Source: Harriotta raleighana (lineage: Eukaryota). From it: a DNA stretch of 64,000 nt. The translations under genes were made by a program, and so were the position numbers. Below the pieces are notes generated by a model that saw only the letters and a list, made by a program, of their open reading frames with translations, ran no database searches and was not told the origin of the DNA. Shown here in pieces: positions 14,001 to 26,000 of this stretch. Where the stretch lies: positions 1,074,116 through 1,138,115 of the forward strand of contig JBNZDD010013669.1 of assembly GCA_050575255.1 (NCBI GenBank). The letters are read 5' to 3'. How positions within the stretch are numbered: the first letter of the stretch is position 1; each line of letters opens with the position of its first letter.

Positions 14001-17000
14001 TTATTGGTGAGATGCTCACTCATGCAAATATTACAGGAAACAGATGAACAGTTGTTCGATTTCTGTGTGATTGATGAACATCTCTGACTATATGTTCCAT
14101 GTGACTAGAATTTGTGTGGCTGTTTCTGCGCTTTGCAGCAAAGAGGATAGGCATCCAGCGACATCAATCTCACTCCAAAAGTAGTACGGTTGACACATGG
14201 TTCTCTAATAGTTGCCATGAACTAAGACTGACCAAGGCATCTTCTTATTCTCAAACATTTGTACCACTTGCTTATTTTTATGTGTTGCAGCATGCTTGCA
14301 ATGCAGACGTGCTTCATTTGTTTTGAAAAAACCTTGAAGAATATGTGCTGGACTGATGACTGCAACATACATTGGTAGACAGCAAGCACATCCATCTTGC
14401 TTTGACTTCAAATCTATCTTGCATTGACAGCTTGTTCAGACTTAGTTTGCTTTAAGCAACTTAGTCTTTTGTAAAAGCTTTCAAGCTATCGTAAGGAATA
14501 CGGCTGTTCTGCTTCTTACCGTTCTTCCACTCTCATGAGTCGGTTATTGCATATGATACTGGACATCCTTGGCCATAAACTGATGGACACAGAATAAATG
14601 AAGCATTATCAGGCTTTGGTAATCTATTGATCCCACTGTACATGTAGTCTATGGAGTTGAACGGACAGTCCAATTGAAATGATATTAGAAGTGAAGTGGT
14701 CTTGGTCAGAATGATACTTGATTTCTGTTTTAATTCTGCCTTTGAGTAGTCACAATGGGAAGTGTAGTGCTGGAATCCCATTGATAATGGAATGTCACTT
14801 TAGCTGCAATTACTCTTATCGTTACCTGAGTTTATATTCTCATCACGGTTTCCGAGAGCCTTCAGTGCACCTCGAGCTGTATTCAGACCAATCATATTTG
14901 GATCTGCTTTGATCAGTAAATATTGGGGGTACTGAAATCCCCATCAATAAATTGCTCAAAACCCAAAAGTTAATTATAACCTTAAGTTACAAAATATGGC
15001 ATTTATCACAGAAAATGGTGAGGATGTTCGCTTCACAAGCGAGAGAGAGGCCCAGGCTTGCTTCTTGGCAGTGGGAGGGGAGGTGGGGGTGAGGGCTGGG
15101 GAAACCTTAGGCACATTTCCTTACTCTTTTCACCTCTGTTTACTTAGGAGTAAGTAAGAACATAGTTGTTAGTCGATTGGTGGATCGCTTTCTGGGGTAA
15201 AATAAATAAATACTTTGGTCACACAATCTGACTGCTTGTGGGACACTGATAAGCGCAATATATTCTGCAAAACCCTTTGAAACATCTCAATGACATGATA
15301 AAGCACAATATCAGAGCAAGAATGATTATATATTATTATGACTGGTGATATTTATCTAATTGGCAAAAATTCCACCACTGACAATGGCCCCATCAATGTC
15401 TCCTATCCCTCCCCCTATCTCAACTTCTCTCACACAGCGTCGGTAGCTGGCCCTCAGCCACCATTGAACATGCCNGAAACCCTTTGAAACATCTCAATGA
15501 CATGATAAAGCACAATATCAGATGCAAGAATGATTATATATTATTATGACTGATGATATTTATCTAATTGGCAAAAATTCCACCACTGACAATGGCCCCA
15601 TCAATGTCTCCTATCCCTCCCCCTATCTCAACTTCTCTCACACAGCGTCTGTAGCTGGCCCTCAGCCACCATTGAACATGCCACCAAGTGATTGGCGAAT
15701 CACTTTCTCAGGAATAATAATTCCTAAAATAAAAATAATTTGGTGATTTAGGTTATTTTTCGCAGAAGACGTTTTGTAATGTTCATCATGTTGTCCTTTT
15801 GCTATTTGGCGCAAAAGGATTTAGTCTGTATCTACTCAGCCCCGATTCCCTTGGAGATCTAAAGCATACAGAAAGAAACTCACAGACTATGAATCTCTGT
15901 GGGATACTGCCACATGCAATTGCCATCTGTGTTTTGCCCACAAAGTATAGTCAATGCACTTTACAGTATATTCAGTGAAGTGCTTTGAGACATCTCGAAG
16001 ACGTGATGGGATGCTATACCAAATGCAAGGATTATTATTATTATTACTTCAATGCCGGTTTCAAGACTAACTGCCTAACTCTCAGTCACCTATGTATTTA
16101 TCAACTGGTATTGTAAGTGTGTTATGTACTCCCTCCTGAGTGAAGAGCAAATATTTAGATAAGATCTTTAAATTGTTCACTTTAAGTTGGGAAAAAGCAG
16201 CCCTCCAGTGTGCAATCTAAAATTAATTCTAGTTTTCACTTTTTACAGTGTTGGGTTGAAACTGTATGTAGCTATTTCCATCTCGGGTATGTTTTATCTG
16301 TGTTGAATTTACTTTGCTGTGCACTATTTCCTGCCATCGTGAAAGTTTTATTATTTAATATCAGATTGCATTGAGTTGTTGTTTACATCTCTTGGGTTTT
16401 AGCAGCATTGAACAAAGGTAGTGGTGATGAAAAGCTGCAACCAAATGCATTTTGTGCATGGACATGCATTAAGTATCACAAATAGTGACAGGAAGTGCTT
16501 ATATTTAATTAATAGTGCGGCGAATATAAATGCTCTGCTTCATAGCATTGATGTTCAAAACAAAGCTCCCTATTTCTTCATCTCAGACAGACTGCATGAT
16601 TTGACTCTTACGTACCAGAGCTGTAAAAGCTTATGTACAGTAATTGGCTTTTTTGTGAGAAATTTATTCAGATTATACACAGATGACAAATTTACATTGA
16701 TAATTTGCTCAGATCATCCAGTCAAAACCAGAGGCATCTTTAATGTTGGTGCAATGCACCGATGGGCCCCTCGTATTACGGGACCCCAAAGTAATCCAAA
16801 AAATCATCAAAATGGGAGGATTTGAGTGTGCTGTACTCTTGTCTTTTGTTAAGTACCTGTATGAAGCTCTCTGAGACGCCATCCGGCGTGGAGAGCGCTA
16901 TATAAATCAAAGTTGTTGTTGTTGTATAGCGAAAACCAGAGCTCTCCCCAGTCTGGCGGAGCAGGCGGTCTGCCTAAAGTGGCATCGCACCTGTCGAAAG

Positions 17001-20000
17001 TTAATTTTGGATTAAAATAAAATTGCGTATGTGCGCGCACTTATTAAACGTGACGTCAGCGATGGACCCCCTAAGAAAATTGACCGAGTAGTTTGAAGTG
17101 TTGAAAACACCTCTGGTCGAAACACATGAAGACTTCTTTAACCCGTCTGCTTTTACCCTTTAAAGATTACTTCATAATAATAATCCTTGCATTTGATATA
17201 GACCATAGAATTTGATGCAAAGTGAATTGACTGTATAGTTTATGGGCAAAAACGTGGCATCCAGTTGTGCACAGCAATGTCCAAAAACATAGATTGACGT
17301 TAAGTATTTTGCACAAATCTTGTGCAATTTGGATTCCTTGTGGAGTCCTGAAGCTCAATGGCTAGAACATTTGCCTCATAAGCAAGAGACCTGGGTTCGA
17401 TTCCCAGCGGAATGAAATGTTGGGCAATTTTCCATGTGTCTGTTTTCTTAACAGTAAGTAGGAACCTGATTGTTAGTCGATTGGCGGATTACTTTTCCAG
17501 AAGTAATAATTCCTTAATAAAAAATTGATCACTTCAATCCACAACTGTTTGTGGGACACTGTTGTGCACAATTGGCTGCCGCTTTTTGCCCACAAAATAC
17601 ACAGTTGATTTACAGTATATTCTGTGAAGCGTTTACAGATGCCTCGAAGATGTACAGATGCTGTATCAAATGCAAGGATTATTTTCTTTTTTCTGAAGCA
17701 TTTATTGTAACTTGGATAAGGTGCATATTTCATACATGTGGGCACAGTTGTTGGATTCTGCACTGTGCTAAGACAGCTTTCTGCAAAATACCACAATAAC
17801 ATTTTCATTGTTCTTACTTATTTTGGCAAATCCAAAATATATCAGCTGAAATTATCTTTTATAATGTAAATATACATATATACCCTCCATCCCAATCTAA
17901 CCATAATCCCCGCCACACACACACAACACATACTCTCAGACACTCACAACAATAGATAGAGTAGATCGGGACCATATTTTAAAAGATTGATAGCAATGTG
18001 CTATCTGGATGAGATTTCTTTCTTTCTTTCTTTTATTTATTTTTATTTATATAGCGCCTTTCACGTCGGGAGGACATCCCAAGGCGCTGTACAGTCAAGT
18101 GGGGGGAGGGGGAGGAGGAAGAAAAGTAGGAAAAGTTGACTGTATATTTGTGGGCGAAACGGGGCAGCCAAATTGCGCACAGCAGTGTCCCACAAGCAGT
18201 CATCAAAGCGAGGGGGCCAGGGATGAAAGAGGGAAAGAGGATAAGGTGAGTGGTCGGGGTAGGGGGAAGAAAGCAGGAAAACCAGGTGTATATTTGGGGG
18301 CGAAATGCGGCAGCCAAATTGCGCACAGCAGTGTCCCACAAACACACGCGGAAATGGGGCCGGGGGAGAAAGGGGGAAAAGATGGCAAGGGGGGAGGCGT
18401 AGGGAAAAGCGGGTGGGGCAAAATCAGGAGGAAAAAGGGGGGAGAAAGGGGGACAAGGGGGAAATCAGGGAGGACAAGGAGGGAGAAATGGTGGCAAGCG
18501 GGAAGAGGGAGGGAAAGGTGGTGGGAGGCAAACCAGGGAGAAAGGGGTTTAAGAGGGAAGAGGGAGGGAAGGAGGGAAAGGGAGAGAGGGAAGAAGAAAA
18601 AAGAGGGAAAAAAGTCAGGAGCCGGGGTCTTAAACAACAACAACAAACAACATCAACAATAATAAACAAAAGCAACAACAATAGAAACAACAACAACAAC
18701 AATTAATAAGAGTCCAGCCACCGCTCCCTGTCCTCACCGCCCGCCTGGACCATCTTCAAAAAGGCGGGAACCAGGCCATCGATGGGTTCGTTCCCCGCAG
18801 ATGCCATCCGCTGATCCACCTCCTCTTTAATGGGATGCTGGGTGAGCTCCCGGCCCTCCTCCTCCCGCTCCACCGCATACACCCGGCATCCGCTCAGGCC
18901 CGTGTCCTCGACTCTCAGGTCAATGTCCCCACCACTCAGGCCCGTGTCCTCGACTCTCAGGTCAATGTCCCCACCGCTCAGGCCCGTGTCCCCGCCGCTC
19001 CAGCTCCATGGCCGCCGGTCCTTGGGTCGAGTCGCTGGGTTTGTGCGGCTCCGGCCACAGTCCGAGCCCGACTCCCATCTCCAGCCCCAGGCCAGGCCGA
19101 GCCAGCCCCCTGCTCCCATCCGGGGAGTGGGAGTCAGACGGCAATTCCCGAGGCGTGTGGAAGGAGCTAACCGACCTCTGAGCTCCCCGCAGACGCACGG
19201 GATGCAGCCCAGCACGGTTACGGTTTCAGTTTTGATCGTGATCGTGGTTACGGTAGCGGCCGCGGTATATTGGATGAGACTTAAGTCAAGGTCATATTTG
19301 CATGTTCAAGTGGACAGTAAAGATCCCATGGCACCAAATGAAAAGAGAAGGAAGTTTCTTGCAGTTTCACGCTTAAGCATCTTCCAAATAAAATCAGTCG
19401 TTCTGGGACATTGTTTTGCGCACATTGGCTGTCGCACTCACCTGGGAAATACACAGTCGGTACACTTTACTGTGAATTTCATGCAGTGTATCAAATGCAA
19501 AGTTTATTTTATGAGTGTATTTTACATTGTGTAACATCAGAAGTTAATGAGGCGAGTTCGAAGGAGATGTTTCTTTCTGTATGCTTTAGATCTCCAAGGG
19601 AATCAGGGCTGAGTAGACACAGAGTAAATCCTTTTGCACCAAATAGCGAAAGGACAACATTATGAACATTACAAAACGTGTTCTGCAAAAAATAGACTAG
19701 AGCACTGCCTAGTCTCAAAGTCTAAAAACCAAATTTGACCTTGATTTGCCTTACTTTCTAAGATATAACATTTGAAGTCTGGAATCACAATGTGCTGCTA
19801 GAAATGTCCTATTGATGTCTGACAACTGGTTGAATTTAGCCTTTTGTTTTAGAAACAATTCACAATGCACTCCACATGCCTGAAAATAATCCCTCAACAA
19901 ACAATAATAGATTGGTCTCTTCAATCCACAGCTGTTTGTGGGACACTGCTGTGCACAATTGGCTGCCGCGTTTCGCCCACATAGAAAGAGCTAATTCACT

Positions 20001-23000
20001 TTTTAGTATATTTTGTGAAGCACTTTGAGACATCTAGAAGATGTGAAAAGCGTTACATCAAAAATGAAAAGGTTATTATTATTATTATTAGGTAATCCAT
20101 ATAATGCAGGAGGCTATACGCACACTGCACACATATGCAGCAAATGAAATGTACCCAGAAAAATATCTGAGCACCTTAAATCTTGAAATCTTGGATGATT
20201 GGGGATGGTGGGGTGGGGGAAGAAGGCCGGGGCAAGTAGTTCATGAAAACAGACAGTTGTGTTTGCACAGGAGCTGTGGGGCATGTTTTCAGTTACTGTT
20301 ACTCTCCAGAGGGTTTGGTTCCAAGTACTGTGTAAAGTTGTTTTCTTTTGTGTCGTTGACCTCACTGGCAGGAGCTTTTTTCATTATCTCCTAGATGGGC
20401 AAAATTTGCTCTTTGATCGAGCAGACTGCTGTGCCAGTGGTTGCATTCCAATGTTAATGATCTAACATTGGTGGTTTGATCATGTCCAATCTGTGTCATC
20501 TGACATCTGTGTTTTCTTCTGCCTTTTTGTTCTTTGGCTTTGAAGCTATAGCCCCAAGTAAACTGTGCGTTCAGCGGGGAAATGAAATTTTGTTAGCCGC
20601 AGTTCAGTGCTCCACATTAGGATGAATTTGTACAAAAGGCAAACCTCTGAGTCAGTCCTGTAAACTATCCGACGATTTAAAGTAACGTTAAGTGAATCAA
20701 GTCGAAATTTAAAACCAAACCATCTTATGTTGAATTGCGGTTCTGATTCATCTCTTTGATATTTGAGTGATTCTAGTTTCCAGTGAACGCTGTTCATTGA
20801 TTAATGGACCTACGGATTAAACAGATTTGCTTTGTCAGATTAAAACAAATGCAAGCATCTGAAGTATTTATCCCGATTGAAACAGAGTATGTGGCGTGGT
20901 GTGGTGCAGCCTATTGATGATTCAATGTGCAGGATAATAGTGTTGTCGCAGATGCAGTTTGTTTCCAATTTACTGCAGAATGTGTCCAAATTCTTGATCT
21001 TAGATGTCCCCCAACCTCTCTGCTCCACCATCAGTGGCTGTTCCTTGATTTGCCATGCTCCTAACCTCTGGGACTTCCTAATTCAACAACGACACAATTA
21101 CACTTGTATAGCACCTTTCACGTCGGGAGGACGTCCCAAAGTGCTGAACAGTCAGGTCGGGACCTGAGCAGGGAGGGATAATTTGGGATAGGGGGAGGGG
21201 GAAGGACAGTGGGAGAGATGGAAGAGTTAGGGGGGGACCTGAAGAAGCGAATTCAACCCATCTGCCTTGCCCTATTCTTTACCTTTAAATCCCACTCAAA
21301 GATTTACCTTTCAACTATGCTTACGGTCACTTCCTCTCCCTTCTCCACCACTTGCGGTCCAACCCTTCCACTGTACAGTACTCCGAGACACTTTCCTGAG
21401 TGAAACATGTTCTATAAATGCAAGTTCTTTTGTTATCATAGGGTGGCTGCAAACTAAGATTACATGTTTCAGCAAAAGAATGGAACAAAGTGAGGTGAAT
21501 ATACCAGAGTTTCTTGCGGGTGATGTTGCTGGTTCAATTGAGAAGATAAGTTGTTATTACTGTTTTAATGTACTGGGGCAGTTCCTAAAGGCAGTTTATT
21601 AAACAAGGTTTATTGCCTTTAGTGTCAGAAATAATCCTGCAATCTCAAAAGTGTTCATCGGTGCAGGCTGATGGTGTCAAAATTCACCCTTTCCAAGAGA
21701 AGAAGAATTATAGCCTCATTGGAATACGATACTCCAGCTATCTTATACGTGCAGATATACTGTACTGCACAAGCAAGGACGTTCACTTATCTTTCTGGCA
21801 GTCCATATAGCAGTTTTATAAGTTGAACACAAGCTGTTGCCAGAACTTTCAGAATGAAGTCACCTAGAATGTGATCCCCCATCCTTGTCAGTTGATGTCC
21901 GTTCAGAATCTACAAATGATTCAAGCAAACTTTCCAAACTTCCGTTTGAGGGCCTTGAGGTCGGTCTTGAAGGGGGCAAAGGATGGGGCAAGGTAGAGAG
22001 ACTGCGGGATGGAGTTCCACAGGTTGAGGGCAGAGTGGCTGAAGGCTTGCCCACGAATGGTGAACATGAAGGAAGCTGGAGCCCACTGAGCAGAGTGAGC
22101 GGACAGGTTGGTAGAAGGTTAGGAGGTCACATAGCTGGGGATAAAGTACAACTCAAGAGTGATAACAATGCGTTATAGCCGCCTGCTACACAGTCAGCAC
22201 CAGGACTGAGGGCAGCCCTTCACACCCAATTAAGTGGTATTAACTATTCTGTAAAAAATAGAAAGTTAAGAATAATAATAATCTTTGCATTTGATTCAGT
22301 GCCTCAATCACGTCATTGAAATGTACCCAATGTCTTCACAGTATAAACTGTAAAATGAATTCATTATATTTTGTGGGCAAAACCCCTCAGCTAATTGTGC
22401 CCAGCGGTATCGCACAAACAGGCGCGGGTGGTAAAGTTTTACTGGGCACTTTGGCAAGTGGGAAGATCCACAAGTTAGTACCTACTGTTTTTCTATATTA
22501 AAAAGTGTCTCAGATCAGTTATTTTGAAGATGTGCACTGTTAATGCACATTAATGTATCTGCTTCTATAGCTTCCTTCTATTGAAAGAATGTCAACTTTG
22601 TGCATGTGTAGAACTGCATGCTTTTTATGTCGATACAAGCAAGTGTTGAAGTCAGGGTAGGCAATTATCTGCTCCTTGCTTCTGTTCTCCCAAGTAATTG
22701 TTAAAGACATACTCATAGGTGGGAAGTAACTAAGAATTCAACATCTCAGCAGTAACATCCCAATCAATCCTCTTATGTCAATGTTTGGCGAGTGCTTTGG
22801 CTTCTGCTGTGGCAGCCAAATGTAGGGATACAAATCCCATGTAACAACAACAAAAAACTTGGATTTATATAGCGCCCTCAGTGTTAGAAAGTGTCTCAGA
22901 GCACCTCACAATAGCGGAGGCCGAAGAAGGGGGAAGGTGATCGGAGGTGCGGTTGAACAGAAAGGTCTTCAGGCAGAGGGAATGAGGGAGGGAGTTCCAG

Positions 23001-26000
23001 AGTGTCAGGGTGAAGTGATTCAAAAGTGGGGTGGAGTGGAGAATTCGGGGGACAAGGAGGAGGTCAGATCCAGTAGAGCGGAGGCAACTGCTGTGAGGAA
23101 AGAGGAGTTTTAGAGAGCATGGACGTGCAGTCAGGGTAGGCAGGGTGGGGGGTGCCTATCCTATGAAAATAAAAACTTTAAATTGTATATGATTATTTAA
23201 TTTTTACAATGCACATTTTACATAATGCAAATGATTTTTAGTAGAAACTACCAAAATTATTTAACTGCGATTTGATATGCCTCGCATAAAAGCAACAGAA
23301 AGGCAGTGAGATGCTGTGCCTTTTTTACTGATTGAGTTGAATGTAGTTCTGATGTGCATGCGCGTTCCTTTCTGAGTGTCCCAGTTGTGGGCGAAATAGG
23401 CACAAGCTATCGCTGCCTTTCCTCTTTCTATCAATTACAATCAGATAACATTGAAATGCCATCTCTGCGCATGCATATTTGCGGAAATTATGACTGCCTT
23501 TGGGCTTGATGACGAGCCCTCAAAAGTTAGTAATGGACTGAGGGAAGTGCCTACCCTTCATTTTACCCACCGCACGTCACTGTTGGAGAGGCCAGAAGTT
23601 GGTGGACTGTTTGAATAATAATAAAAGTGAGGGCCAATGTCAAGACAGTAAACTAATCTTTGGATCCCAATGAAATTTAGAAGTCATTTTGAGCTTCTCT
23701 TTGGGACTTTTATGAAGGCGACTCAAGCTCCTTGTTGAGATGAACACCTATCACTCCCAGTTATTCATTATTCGCACTTCAGAGGAAATCCTTAATAAAT
23801 TAAGGTTTTTAATATTTGAGCTTCACTGAGCAGTTTAGGATTCCCCAATTCTCATTAGGATCCTCAATGACCCACTTTTGCAGATTTATTTTTGCTTGAT
23901 AGTTCCTAGTTGCCTCTTGTTTACATTGTTGCACCTTTTAATTTGTTCTTTCAGATAAGACCTGGATGCATTCACCCGAGGCTTTAACAAAACACTTTAT
24001 TCCCTACAACGTAAAGGTATGTAATTACTTGTGATAAAGCTGTCTGCTAGAAGAAGAATAAATGCAATAAGGGGGTAAACCTACTGTGATCCTATAATAG
24101 ACAATGTAAATATTATCCAGACTATTTGTCTTTGCTGGGAAACCACACTGATCCGTTTTACATTTATCTTCAATTCAGGCAAAACTCCACAGATAGTTAG
24201 TTCTTATCACTGAGCAAATCTATGAAGAAATTATATTATTAATGTCATTTGGCAATTTTCAAATCGAGGTTTTGAGAACGTTTGCAATCCAATGCAGTGC
24301 TGGCACTAAAAGTGAGCACTGCTTTATTGAAGGACCTACAAGAGCGTTCCCTATACTTAATAACCACCTGACAAGTTTTCAATCTTAATTATTTATCAGG
24401 GGAACAGTGTACAACGATCAGATGTTTCCCCACAGTAATGTTTTGCAGGATGAGCCACTGTACAGCACTTTTGTCTACCATTCTGCCCCCAACCTTTAGA
24501 ATTCCATCCCGCAGTCCCTCCGCCTCGCCCTTTTCCTAGCCTCTTCAAGTCCCGCCTCAAGTCCCTCCTCTTCCACTGCCATCCGTTAACCCCTTCCCTG
24601 CCCTCCACCCTCCCCAATCCCGATCTCAGCTCGGATTCAAAGCACTGACTATCCAGCATCTTTGGGACATCCTCCAGACACGAAAGGCGCTATACAAATG
24701 TAATTTTTGTGGTTGTTGTTGTTGTTGTTGTCTGTTTTTCTATCTGTCAATGTATATGTGTAGCAACTATAAAAGAGGATTGTATGCAAGTAAAAATGAA
24801 AAGCAGTACAGGTTATGTCTTCACAACCTTGTTATTCTAATGTACTGTTTAAACATCTTTCTTCTCCCTTTGTTTGAAACTTGAGGGCATTTGAAGAAAA
24901 AATACAGATCACTGCAATCCATAGGTTTTGATTCCAGTTGATGGACTATTCCTAATGGGAACATTCATTGGAATGACATAACATATGCTGCATCGGTTTT
25001 TCATTTCAATGAAGTTCACAAATCAATTGTTTTATTCCACCCGGAGCAGTTTCTGCCTCATCTCCAGTCTCCATTGCAGACTATTAATTGGATCAAAAGG
25101 ACAGCTTTTGTGGAGCATTCTGTACAATGCGGCTAGTCTAAGTGCGCATCTAGCAATTTCTCTTAGTTTGCTCCAGCAGAGAATTGTGGCTGCTGCTTAC
25201 AGCTGCATTATTGATCTATGAAACCTTAGACACCTTGCGGATTATGTCGGCGTCCAAAGGGCAAAAAAGTCAAACGTCCTGTGTGGGGGTAATTTGGTCA
25301 AAGTGAAGTTTCAAGGTGAACCGGACATGTTGACGAGGAACAGTATACAAATACAAATACAGTAAAAGCCCGTTTATCCGGCACCCGCGGGATCTTGCCA
25401 GTGCCAGTTAAATGGTCGGATCCAACGTCAAAAGCCCAACACAAAAAAAATTAACTTATTTTAACACATACCATATTAATAATAGACTAAATAATAAATA
25501 ATAACAGAATATTATATGGGTTCTTTATTGCAAATATTCTACACTGTACCATATAAATAATAGACTAAATATAATAACAGATACTGTAAAAACAGAATAT
25601 TGTATTGGTACTTCATTATTTATACTTAACTTCTGCAATGGTGGATGCCACGCAAGGGGAAAAAACGGGAGCACGACTTTAAGTCTCTACTAGTGGCAAG
25701 CCCAAATACCTGTACAGTAATCTCGTGCAACAATCGATTAATTAAATGCGCCACCGCTATTGTGCCAGATAACTTCCGGTTAATCGGATGGGGACTGTTT
25801 TTTGGGACGTGCCGGTTATACAGAAGTTCCGGTTCATAGAGTCACGGATAAATGAGCTTTTATCTTATACTATCCACAAATACACAGTCGATTCACTNAA
25901 TGGGGACTGTTTTTTTGGATGTGCCGGTTATACGGAAGTTCCGGTTCATAGAGTCACGGATAAATGAGCTTTTATCTTATACTANGTTTTTTGGGACGTG

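Noticed and set aside
14340-14500. Possible alternative first exon (gtaagg donor at about 14491)
   Set aside because: No in-frame ATG compatible with the next exon and no promoter evidence
15268-15684. Tandem duplication of about 205 bp
   Set aside because: Centred on N at 15475; near-identical halves indicate a haplotype/contig overlap artefact
18009-18706. Several overlapping 90-217 aa ORFs
   Set aside because: Low-complexity purine/pyrimidine tract lacking stops by composition
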